A stretch of DNA of 63,102 bases, the filler included, from Olpidium bornovanus S191 (taxonomy: Eukaryota > Fungi > Olpidiomycota): the NCBI GenBank assembly GCA_017911155.1. It is 27 parts of 27 records of this genome, joined end to end, with 100 filler letters (N's around TTAATTAATTAA, not from the genome) between each part and the next. Parts side by side here need not be neighbours in the genome. Positions count along the whole stretch, not along the records: positions 51,058 to 53,484 come from JAEFCI010004111.1; positions 53,585 to 54,946 come from JAEFCI010008351.1; positions 55,047 to 58,935 come from JAEFCI010002588.1; positions 59,036 to 60,657 come from JAEFCI010010711.1; positions 60,758 to 61,930 come from JAEFCI010010612.1; positions 62,031 to 63,102 come from JAEFCI010007925.1; 21 more parts are not named here. One strand, given 5' to 3'. The translations under genes and the position numbers were made by a program. This document shows positions 52,440-63,102 of this stretch, piece by piece. Numbering within the stretch: the stretch's first letter is position 1; the number at the start of each line of letters is the position of its first letter. The notes beneath the pieces were generated by a model that worked only from the letters and a program-made list of their open reading frames with translations, was not told the origin of the DNA and made no database searches.

Positions 52440-53290
52440 CGGAAGGAGTGAAAAATTCCGTACACGAGGAACTCGTCGCCTTGCCGGGCCTGAAATGTGT
52501 TATCCACATTCACCTGGGCCACCCCGAGCTGAGGCCTAGGGAAGCCTGCATTATCTGCCCCTCGGCCATGGGAGCAAAAGCTGTAGGAGCTCGGTCGCGG
52601 GAAGGCATGCAGGCTGACGATCCTCTGGACAAGATCCACTTGGACCTGTTTCGTTTTTCTCTGAAATTGATTGGCAGCGCTTCCTTCACAGTAACTTTCC
52701 TGGACGAAGCGACACGTTTTCGTGCACATCTACCTTTTACACACTAAGCATGAGTGCTTTGGAAAATTCAAGTGCTTCCTGGGAGCAGCGGTCGCCCAGT
52801 TTGGAAAGGACAAAGAAATTGTCACTCTCCAAACAGATGGCAGCGGCGAGTACTTTCCTGAAACCTGGACAAATTACCTGCAGGAACTGGGGATCACACA
52901 CCAGGTGACCATCAGAGATGTAAACGGGAAGGCAGAATGCCTAAACTGCATGCTGGGAAAGAAGACACGGGCCTTGCTCATATACCACAACGCTCCAGAC
53001 GTGTTTTGGGCGGGGGACCTGACAACAGCTGTCTACCTTTACAACCATCTTCGCCATAAGGCCTTGGGAGGGAAGACGCCGCTGGCACTGTGGCGTGGAC
53101 AGGACCTCGAGCGTGACCATCTCAGAGCAGGCACTGATTCCCAAATCCAGCTGGACAGGCGGAAAGCTTCGAGGGCGCACCGAGGACACGGTATTGGTTG
53201 TCTGTGGTAGTATGTGGAAAGGATGGCACTTCTGGAATCCTGCCACACGGCACAGGGATCAAGACATTACTTTCCATGAGGAGGTCAGCA
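52440..53290 (+). mobile_element. Degenerate Ty1/copia GAG-pre-integrase and integrase core with SH3-like tail
   Basis: HLGH..C..C..; PLDKIHLDL..VTFLDEATR; FGKFKCF..LQTDGSGEY..YLQELGITHQ..NGKAECLNCML..FWA..TAVYL.N..LGGKTP..LW.G; KG..FWNP..DITFHE. Confidence 0.92.
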
Positions 53291-53614
53291 AATTCAGAGG
53301 ATTTCTAAGCTCGGGCCGGAGGGTGAACTCTAACCGCGCTTGGAACCCCCGGGCAGTCAACCGCATGCGTTCGGCTGCAAGACAGACGGACAACAACGGA
53401 CGCCAGCGGAGAAGAACCCGACGTCGTTGAGGATGCACCCGCCATTGGCAAGGAGGCGCCAGGTCTTACGGCGTTTAAATCGCANNNNNNNNNNNNNNNN
53501 NNNNNNNNNNNNNNNNNNNNNNNNNNNNTTAATTAATTAANNNNNNNNNNNNNNNNNNNNNNNNNNNNNNNNNNNNNNNNNNNNGAGGGGGGGGCGGGGG
53601 GGGGCGGGGGCGGG

Positions 53615-53674
<60 letters not shown>

Positions 53675-53773
53675 AGGGGCCAAACGGGAACGCGTTTCAC
53701 CGGCGGCCCGCGCAGCCCGCGGCGGAAAGCGTTTTTTTTTCTTTTTCCTCCGCCCCCCTCCCTCCCGACTCAC

Positions 53774-53933
53774 CGTCCGGCGACACGGCGGGCGACGCGA
53801 GCCGCGGGATGCTCACAAGGTCGTGCGCGGTAAACGGGTGCGCGGCGGCGCAGGCCCAGGCGCCAGCGGCGAGCAGCGCCGCGACGAGCTGGACGGCGGC
53901 GCCGCCGCTGCCCGGCGAAAACGGCAGCAGCAT
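53774..53933 (-). CDS. Secreted S9-family peptidase (dipeptidyl-peptidase V-like), first exon
   Basis: Signal peptide (VQLVAALLAAGAWACAAA) followed by FTAHDLVSIPRLASPAVSPDG, the typical S9/DPP5 N-terminus; GTGAGT donor. Confidence 0.68.
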
Positions 53934-54081
53934 TTTCTCTCTCTCGCGCCCGCGAATTCTCTTGCCGGAGGAAAAATAAGAAAAAAAAAAGGGCTTCCCC
54001 CCCCCTTTTTTTTTCCCGGGCGTGGAGTCGGAACCCGGGTTGGGGGGAGGAGGAGGGGGGGGGGGGGGGGGGGGGGGGGGG

Positions 54082-54118
<37 letters not shown>

Positions 54119-55154
54119 GGGGCGCGGAACGCGTCGTACGCCCCGAGCTCCGCGAAGCGCCGAGCCGCGGGACCCTTCCGACCTGCGCGGGCGCCGCCGC
54201 GAGGGAACTTTCGGTCAAGTGGCCCGTGGCGCGAGAAGAGAGGCGAAGCGCCCTCGGCTGCCCGGCTAACGGTAGAAGGCACCGGGAGAAAAAAACCGGC
54301 GCTGCGGTTGCTGGGCTCCAAAGGTCGCGACAACGAATACGCGGCTGTTCGCCCTCGGAATTTCCTTCCCCTTTTCTCTCCGCCTTCAGGTGGTCGACGA
54401 TGTTACTGCCCCCGCTTGGACAAGAAGCGCCCCGAAAGACCGTTTTTTTTTTCTACCGCGCGTTCCCTTCTCCTGGAGGGCAATGCTTAAGAATAACACG
54501 ACCGATTCCCCCCCCCCCCTCCTCCTGGAAAACTGCCCGCCCGTCCGCCCGCCCCCCTATTCCCGGGCCAAAGCGCGACCGGATTCGCGCCCTGTCCCGA
54601 AATCCCGCGTATCTTCAGCCGCGCGCGGGGCAAAGCACCCTGGCGAGGGGCGGGGGCGTAAAGGACGGGCGGGGGGAAGGGCGGCGCGCCGCGAAGCAAC
54701 CGCGAGGAGCCTCTATCCGCCCGCGTGGGTGGCGCAGGCAACGGTGCATCGCACAGGAGGCTCTCTGATCCGCCTCCGGCCTTCCCCATCTACATCTACC
54801 CCTGGGGGAATGCGTTTTGGCTTTTCGGCGCGGCGGATGGGGGGGGGGGGGGGGGGGTGGCGGGGGGGGGGGAGGGGGGACAGCCTGGGCCACAGCAAAA
54901 AAAATGGGGGTTAGGGGGGGCACACGGAGGGAGGCACCCGGTTGCCNNNNNNNNNNNNNNNNNNNNNNNNNNNNNNNNNNNNNNNNNNNNTTAATTAATT
55001 AANNNNNNNNNNNNNNNNNNNNNNNNNNNNNNNNNNNNNNNNNNNNCATGGGGTTAGGGGTTTGGACAGGGCCAGCGGCAGGTTGGGCTCACAGCCTCTT
55101 CAGTTTGTCACCGGTTGCGCGTTCGCTGGAGGAGTATAGCGCAGGGACGGCGTT

Positions 55155-55188
<34 letters not shown>

Positions 55189-55699
55189 GTCTTGCTTTCC
55201 GTGGGTGGAAGAGCCCTTCCGCCCCTCGGCAGTATCAGATCAACGGGGAAGATCTTCGCGCTGGTTTCCCGAGGTCGACAGGCCCGCCGCATGCCTGCCG
55301 AACCCCGCCCTCGTTCCATTCGTTCTATTGCATCCGCCATACCTGAAATTTAGATCCGCATTTTCCGGCCCACGCAGCCGGTTCGCACAACCGCGTCAAA
55401 GCCAGGCGTCAAGATCTGAACTGAGATCGCAACGGCAAAAACAGAAAATGCTTTGCGGGCCGCGTTTTGCGCCCAGGAATCAATCATTCTCCGGGGGGCA
55501 ATCCGGCGGCGCCCGCCGGGGAACTGGGGAGGAGGGGGCGGGTGCGCGGGAGGCGGGTGCGGGGGCGGGCGAGGAAGGAGGAACGGGCGGCGGGAGAGGC
55601 AGGCGGGCGGCCGGGAAGAGGGAGGGGGGGGCGCGGGCCGGCGCGCTGCAAAAATCCGCATCCGCGCGACTTTTTTTCTTCCCAAATCGCCCCGCACGG

Positions 55700-58600
55700 A
55701 TGATAGCCGATTATGAGAACTTCCTGGAAGCGACCGCGCGGTAAAAAGAAAGATAAAAAAAAAGAAAACCACTTATCTCTGCCGTCTCTCTCTCTCTCTT
55801 TCTCGCCCTTTTCTGTTCCTCTCTCTACCTCTCTCTCTTGCTCTCTCTCTTGCTCTCTCTCTCTCTCTCTCTCGTTCTCTCGCGCTTCCGGACCGCCTCC
55901 CCTTCCTCGCCCGCTTTGTCCTTCCTCCGCTGCCGATCCGGAAGGCCGCAGCCCGGAAACCCGCCCGGCGGGCGGGAGGACCGCGCGCTGCCCCTCCCCG
56001 CCCCGCTTCTCCCACCGTTTCTTGCCCGAGAATAACGCCGTCCCAATCCCCGGGTCCGGCCGCGACGGGTTCGGCCGCCGCCCCTCGTGTCCTTTCCGGC
56101 GGGCCGCTTCGCGCTGCGGCCGCTGGTGCCGCCGAACTGACCCGCGTTCGCTGTTCGGGGGGGCCGCAGGCTTGTCTCCATGCTGCTCACTGATGAAGAG
56201 ACGGAATCGGTCGTCCGCGGGTTCAGAGACTTTCACTTGAAACTCAAACAGTTCAGCAGGTGAGATTTCGGGCCCGTGCGCCGGCCCGCGGCAGGCGTCT
56301 GGGAGGGAAGAAGAGGGAGGAGAAGAAGAGAACCGAACGTGATCGATCGTCAGCTCCGGCTCCGTTGTTTACACCGGTTACGACGTGTTTTCGAACGGAC
56401 CCAGCGAGAATTTGCGATCTTTCGCGCTCGAGTCGGCGAAGTCGAAACAACAGAAGTCGGTTTGCAACCATCATGGCAAGACGTGTTCGCAGAATTGCGT
56501 ACGAGGCTTTCTGAAAGCATTCGCTGTCGGCTACACCGTCAAATATTGCCTGGCCACAGCCCCGTCCATTCTGACAGGGAAAATCTTTAAGCGGTGAGAA
56601 GTTGGCACCGCTGTCGCGCTGTTCTCGGAACCGCTGGCAGGATAACCTTGCAGATCTTTTCTCTTGGGTTGTAATCGCAGAACCGAGCTTCTGCGTCGGC
56701 ATCTCAGCAAAGACACGCTATCGTTCGGCTTGTTCCTGTCGACGTTCACATCCAGCTACAAAGGCATATTGTGCGCGCTGCGGCACCGCGGGCAGAAACG
56801 CCGAGGGTATGGCCACGAGCTTGCGCCAGGGGAGGACCGCCTGAACGCTTTCATCGCGGGCTCGCTGGCCGGACTGTGCCTCCGCTTAGACAGGAACCGG
56901 GCGCGTCGGACGGTGGTGGCGCTGTACCTTCTGGTGCGGGCGATGCAGTACGGCTCGGTGTGGCTCCTAAACTGGTGGACCAAATCCCGGCAGCGCCGGC
57001 GGCACCGCAAGCTTCTGCGCGACCGCCTGCGCGCCGGTCACGCCGCGGATGACTTTGACGACGATTTTGAAGTCGGCCTCCTGCATCGGGCGTCCCCGGG
57101 GTCCGCGTCCATGACTTCGATCCCCTCGGCCCTTTCTCGCGACGAGGTGGTCGCCCGTCGCAAGCTGGAGCTCACGCGTGTCACGCTCGGCGACCGCGTC
57201 GAAGAATTTTTGTGTCGCTGGGCCGGCACGGGAGTCATGATGATGTCCTCTGCTCAGATTTTGTATGCGTTTATCCTCATGGTACGTCTCGTTGGAACGC
57301 CACCAGTGTTTAATTGGTCGCCAACGGCTCGTCAGCTGTCCCGTCTCTGACTGCACGCCAACCTCCCTCTCCCCTCTCCCCGGTCTCGCCTTCCTTTGCA
57401 CAGCCGGAAACGCTGCCGGTGAGAACAAAAACAATCCGGCCCTGTTGTGCACGCGCGTGTGCGAAGCTGACGAATGCCCTGCGCCGGCTGCGCCGTCTGT
57501 GGCGGTTTGTCAGGCGTCGTATCTCGAGTTCCTTTACACCCAGTCTGGCCTCCGGATATTCGGGCCCCTGACTGTCCCGCTGGCGAGAACAATTGGAGCC
57601 GTGGCACACGAGCTGTCCGAGAACCCACGACCTTACGTGAGACCAATTTCCGTCTTCCACCGACGGTATTGCTAGTACTGCAGGCGCTGATTTTTTTGGT
57701 CCGCATATTCCTGTGCTTTCCCAGCTGACGGAGATTGCCGAAGGCATGACCTCTAAAGAGTTCATCCACAAGACAATCAGCCCAAATCTCGCGTCGCTCT
57801 GCCCGAACGGCGTCCGCCACGACTACGTACTCTGTGCCATGTTTCATCCCCTGATAGCACGTTGCGAACATGCGCATGCAGTAGGCTGGGTGCGGTCCCT
57901 GGGCCAGAGCATGTGGTTATACGTGCCGCTGAACCTGGTACTGTTCATTCGTTTGTTTGGCTTGTTTCAGGGTTGTTCCTTTGTTTCGGAATGTTTCGCT
58001 GGCGTTTTGTGCCCGGTCGTTTGCTGACGGATAAATTGTCCGTAGATCGTGTTTATTATCTTCAGGGGCTCGATGGTTATAAAGAGGTTCGTATGCACGC
58101 CATCCACCGACGAAATCTTTTAGAGGCATGCCCCGCCTATCCCTGTTTCGCTTTTGGGTTATTGTTGGGGGTGACGGCGTTTAGGGGATCCGCCCCCGCG
58201 CTGTACGTCCTAACGCTTCCAGTCCAGGCCTGCGCAGTCCCTGGCGATGTACATCAAAACTACAGTGCGATCTTCACTATTCTTGAGCACTTATGTGTCG
58301 ATCGCGTGGTTGATACCCTGCTGGTGAGTTACTTTCGATGACCGCGTCTTTGGCAGCGCGCACGTACGCCGGTTTGATCCCAGGGGAGTAAAGGTGGTTT
58401 TTGCTACTCTCGTCATCCCTATTTCCGCGTATAACCGCAGGCTACGACGATTACTGCGGCGTGAGAAACGGTGGTTGTGAGTATTTCCGGCCTCTTGCGG
58501 GGTTTTCTTTGTCGGCGCCTGTTGACCGACCCCCCCTCCCCCCAACCCACCCCAACCGCGCCACCTTTACGGGCATCACGTTTGCGCGGGCAGTTATTTC

Positions 58601-58935
58601 GTCAACGGCATCCTTGCGGGCCTGGCGGTGCTGATCGAGCCACGAAAGAAGCGGCTTGAGCTAGGGCTGTACTGCCTTCCGCGGGCGTTGGAGAGTGCAT
58701 GGAAGTGCGGCATCGAGTGGGGGTGGCTGCGCAACGTGGCCGGCGGTGAGCTTATCTACTCATCTCTGTCCATGGGCGTGCTCATGAGCCTGTATCAGAC
58801 GGGTGAGTTATGTTACATGATTTTGCTGGAGTGATTCTGGCAAAGAAATTCTGACTCTGGATTGTTATACCTTACCGCTGCAAGACCCGGACATCATCGA
58901 CGATTCGTACAGAGCGTTGATGGTCCGGATGTTCG
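55700..58935 (+). CDS. TMEM135: TMEM135/PXMP4-like (Tim17 superfamily) membrane protein, multi-exon, 3' partial
   Basis: C.H...C...C..GF.KAF.VGY; DTLSFGLFL.TF...YK.ILC.LR..RLNAFIAGSLAGL..RR..ALYL.VRA; SSAQILYAF; C..FHP...C; LY.PLN; IE..K.RLEL.LYCLPRALES. Start tentative. Confidence 0.85.
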
Positions 58936-59531
58936 NNNNNNNNNNNNNNNNNNNNNNNNNNNNNNNNNNNNNNNNNNNNTTAATTAATTAANNNNNNNNN
59001 NNNNNNNNNNNNNNNNNNNNNNNNNNNNNNNNNNNCATGCGTTTGCGCGTTCCCAAAAAAGCACAAAGCAAAACAAAACAGAGCAAACTGAGGCCCGCAT
59101 CCGCGGCGGGGGATCGGGTGGCGGATGCGTTTCTCCCTTTTGTTTTCTTTTTTTCCCCCTTCATTCGAGCCCGGCCCGGCCGTGCCGCCCCCGTTCGCGC
59201 CTGGCGCGCGTACCGCGGCCGACGTCTCTCCTGCGTTGATTCGTCCCCCCCCCCACCTTCCCCTGCGTCTCCATTTTTTTCTTTAGACTCGGCCGCGCCG
59301 ACGACCGCGGGGAAGGGAAAAGGGTGGAGATTTGCGCAAAGGGTTAGAGAAAGAGAGGAAAGAGGAGGAGGAGACGACGGCGGACGACGGAGGGATCGTT
59401 TTGATGCGGCGCCGCCGGCTTCGGGAAGGTTTTTTGGACGCCGCGCTCCCGTGCACGCGCACGCGGCCGAATGCGGTCACGGGGGGGTGGAGGGCGGGTT
59501 GCCGCCGGCGTCGTCAGAAGCGCCGCGCCAC

Positions 59532-59569
<38 letters not shown>

Positions 59570-59872
59570 CGCCCCCCCCCCCCCCCCCTCCTCCTCCTCC
59601 TCCCTCCCATCCGGCGCCCTTCCCAACCCGACTCGTCGGGAACCGCGGGTCGGCGCCGGGCGGCGAAGGAAATTCGGGAACCTTTTTTTTTCCTCCCTGG
59701 ACATAAAAGAGGGCGGGCCGGGTTCCCGGGAACACCAGGTTTTCTCTCGCCCGCGGGAATCAAAGAAAAAGAAGAAAGAGTCAGAAAAAAACAACATTCG
59801 CTCGGCCCTTTCTCGAGCATCCCTCCTTCCCACCTACGTCCCTCCAAAACACGACAGAAAGTAAACCAAAAA

Positions 59873-60427
59873 ATGGACAACGCCGTTCTCGCCGTGTTCG
59901 GTGACGGGCGCACCGGTGAGTAAGGGGCGCGGCCGCGCGGGAGAGGGGGCCCTGGGCGTCCCGAAAGGGAGAGCATCGACGTCATGTTCTTTTGTTTCGA
60001 GCGAGCCCGCCAGTGCGTTTTGACCCGGCGTCCTTCTCCTCCTTTTCCCCCCGCAGCCTACAATGTCATCCAGGCTATCGGACGCGCAAACGACCAGCAG
60101 AGGGCGATCAAGCGCGTCGTGGCGCTCTGCGACAACAGGTTCCGTGACGAGATGCGCGACATCGGGAGCCCCTCCTCCGTGAAGGTCGAGCCCGTCGACT
60201 TCTCCAGGCTGCGGCAGGACGCCAGGGAGCTCGACCGCGTGCTGGCCGAGAACGACGTCCGCTGGCTCCTGCTTTTCCCCTTTGGCGACACCTTCCAGCC
60301 CGGCCACGTCCTGCCGGTCCTCGAGGCCTTCAAGAGGAACCGCGGGAGGAACGCGGTCCTGGTGTCGCACGCCGGCGCCGACTCCGAGCTGTCGCCCGTC
60401 AACCAGATGCAGGAAGCGGAGCGCGTC
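59873..60427 (+). CDS. NAD(P)-binding Rossmann-fold protein (NmrA-like), first two exons
   Basis: MDNAVLAVFGDGRT|AYNVIQAI (intron 59916-60056) resembles a Rossmann beta1/Gly loop; VLVSHAGAD...EAERV resembles the NmrA region. Confidence 0.5.
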
Positions 60428-61137
60428 GTGAGTTTTTATTTCTTTCACGCTCGTCTCCCGTCGCCGCCGCCTTTCCACCACTCCCCTCCCTCCCCCCCCC
60501 CCCCCCCCCGCACCCGGGGGTCCCCCCCCCCCCCCCCCCCCCGCCTTCGCGCTGACCGAGAGAATGAAAATGCCGAGAACGTGTGCGTGTGTGACCACGA
60601 CCGCGTGCCCGCCGTTATCCGATCTCACGTCTTCGTCTCTCCCCTTTCCTCTTCCTCNNNNNNNNNNNNNNNNNNNNNNNNNNNNNNNNNNNNNNNNNNN
60701 NTTAATTAATTAANNNNNNNNNNNNNNNNNNNNNNNNNNNNNNNNNNNNNNNNNNNNCCCCCCCCCCCCCCCCCCCCCCCCTCCCCCGGCGTTCAAGACA
60801 CCCGTTTCGGCCGCGAGTTTCGGTGGTGGACGGCCTCGGCTGGCACCGGGCGCCTGATCAGCGCGCCTCGAAACCCGGGCGGGCGGCCCGGCAGTGTGGG
60901 CCGCGCAAGCTCGCCGGCCTCGAAAAGTTCAGGCGGTGGTCGAGAGGGGCCCCGGGACAAAACAGAAGCCAGAACGGTCAAAGGCGGCGGAATCTTTCCT
61001 TTTTGTTGATCTCGACAAGCAAAAACGAGCGGCGCCTAAGGCGCCTTAAAAACAGGCGGCCGCGGGAAAGGGCAAGGGAGGGGGAGGAGGAGGGGGAACG
61101 GACATCAAAACTATCCGATGGAAATAATAAAATGCTG

Positions 61138-61930
61138 TCACGTCCAGATTTTGAAGGAGAAAAGCCCCTTCGCGTTCATCTTCTCCACTTGCCGGCGGAT
61201 TAACGGCACGTCGACGGCGTAGCGGCCCGCCGGTCCCGCCCCGGCGCCGTCCCCGTCCGCGACAACGATCGCCAGGCGTGGGGCGCCGTTCGCTTTCTTC
61301 CCGCGGTCCTCGGCGCCGCCGCCGCCGCCGCAGCCGCCTTCGTCCGCGCGCTCCAGCGCGACACTCCCGTCCTCAAGGGCGCCGGTGGCGTTCACGTCGA
61401 CGGCGAGCCGGAGGAGCCGGCCGACGCGCTTGCACTCGCGGGCGGCCTTTTTGCCGCCCGCCAGCTTCGCCACGCTGTCGAGGAGGACCTCGCCGCCGGC
61501 GCCGGCGCCGCCGTATCGGTGCACGAGGATCAGCAGCAGCGCTGCCCGGTCCGCGTGGGTCAGGCCCAGGAGCGGCGACCGCTCCAGGAGGTGGTAGGCC
61601 AGCGCCGCGCGGTGATCCTTGCGGTGGGCGTCGGCCACGTGGACCAGGCGGACGGCCGCGTCCATGACGCGCGGGGCCACGGCAGCCCTGTCGCGGGCGG
61701 CGGCCGCGGGACCGCCGCCGCCGAACGACATCGCGGCGGCGAAGTGCGGGAACGCCGCGGCCAGCCAGCGGCGGAGAGCGGCCCGCTCCGCGTCGGCCGG
61801 CGCGCAGTTCATGCCGCGGGCGAAGCTTTCGGCGCTGCAGAGCAGCAGGTCGCGCGCGCGTTCCTCCGGCTCCATCCGCGCGAGGGCGAACCCGTGCCGG
61901 ACGCCGCCTTCGACGAAGCAGACCTCGGCC
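61138..61930 (-). CDS. RTG2: Ppx/GppA-family protein, fungal retrograde regulator Rtg2-like, C-terminal part
   Basis: CFVEGGVRHG..ERARDLL..; KDHRAALA....LGLTHADRAALLLIL..RYGG matches the fungal Rtg2 pattern GGVREG..DPL..GL.H.DRA...L.L..RWGG. Confidence 0.75.
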
Positions 61931-62038
61931 NNNNNNNNNNNNNNNNNNNNNNNNNNNNNNNNNNNNNNNNNNNNTTAATTAATTAANNNNNNNNNNNNNN
62001 NNNNNNNNNNNNNNNNNNNNNNNNNNNNNNCGGGCGGG

Positions 62039-62075
<37 letters not shown>

Positions 62076-62104
62076 GGGGACGGGGGGGGGGGGGGGGGGA
62101 AAAT

Positions 62105-62168
<64 letters not shown>

Positions 62169-62350
62169 CGGCCGCGGATCAGTACGGTTATCCCAGAGCG
62201 GAGCTGGTCCCGGGGAGAAGAAGGGGCTGTTTCGGCGTCGCTCGCGTCATGTTCCTGCCGCAAAACGTGCGTGCCTGCGGACGAGCAGTCCGGTCTGAAG
62301 AGGAAAAAAAAAAAGCCCCACCCAGAGAAAAAGGACCGACCCCGACCGAC

Positions 62351-62907
62351 CTGAAGAACACGTCGCCGCAGGCCACCCTGACCAGCAGCATGAGCATGAC
62401 GGCGTCCAGGAAGATGTTCGGGTGCGGCCTCGCCACGCACTCGCGGAACGGGGAGGGCAGGACGGTCAGGGCGACGAAGGGGGCCCTCAGGGCGTAAACG
62501 GTCCCGGCGACGACCTGGTACCTGCGGGCGAAGAGGCAGCCGAGCTCGCGCTGCAGCAGGCAGAACCCGAGGCCGAGGGCGACGGCGGCGAAGACCATGG
62601 CGTCGGAGAGGCTCCTCATCCAGCGGCGGTTGGCGTCGTACACGGGCCGGAGCAGGTCGACCAGGGAGTCCGGCACGCGCGCGGGGGCCGGGGTCGGGCC
62701 CGCGGCCGCCGCGGCGCGGTCCGCGTAGCTGTTGGCCAGGCAGACCGCGTAGGTGCAGGCGGCGAAGTACAGGGCGGCCAGACCCAGCGTGTACAGGTCC
62801 GCCCGGTGCCGCCAGAGCACGAGGCGCGGAAGGACCTTTTCCCGCAGCAGGCCGCGGCAGCCGCCGCGCCGTCCGAGACGCCCGCTGCCGGTCTGCGCAG
62901 GTTCCAT
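62351..62907 (-). CDS. Sphingomyelin/IPC synthase-like (SMS family, PAP2_C), first exon
   Basis: A transmembrane segment, then PDSL.D, D.M, Y.LRA..VALTVLPSP...C and CGDVFF(S), which is the SMS-family D1-D3 motif order. Confidence 0.78.
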
Positions 62908-63007
62908 ATGTCCGAGCCGCCCGCCCGCCTGCCCGCCCGCCCGCCGGAGGGGCCGCAGTTAAGCGGGTCGGGGAGGGCGTTGGGGGGCGAGGGCGGAAGG
63001 TGTGAAG

Positions 63008-63102
<95 letters not shown>

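Noticed and set aside
54905-55062. GGGGTTAGGGG at two neighbouring contig ends as telomeric repeats
   Set aside because: Single copies within G-rich sequence; no TTAGGG array.

Overview
This window is not one locus. It is 27 short contigs (about 1-5 kb each) joined by 26 artificial 100-bp spacers (44 N + TTAATTAATTAA + 44 N), so adjacency across spacers carries no biological meaning. The DNA is GC-rich, intron-rich eukaryotic genomic sequence full of homopolymers. The genes look fungal (RTG2-like, Dad3-like, CotH, CYB2, mL41, RPN9, COX15, TGS1, CHMP7, TMEM135, MARK/Kin1 kinase, p24, RBBP4, S9 peptidase, SMS-like) and include a ciliary TOGARAM/crescerin gene. That combination points to a zoosporic early-diverging fungus; Olpidium is a plausible but unverified guess. 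Between the genes are many decayed LTR-retrotransposon pieces. The most notable signals are: (1) a Ty1/copia gag resembling the plant Bianca lineage, preceded by a primer-binding site (PBS) matching the anticodon loop of inosine-modified tRNA-Ile; (2) four half-tRNA-iMet PBSs, one joining a copia-family LTR to a gypsy-type gag and three belonging to a candidate miniature-LTR family; (3) two gag remnants resembling those of bryophyte/charophyte gypsy elements; (4) an 80-bp perfect palindrome built from local sequence inside a gag; (5) CpG-deamination footprints in transposons; (6) a strong excess of contig ends at CATG, probably technical. All family assignments come from remembered motifs, not database searches, and most exon boundaries are approximate.
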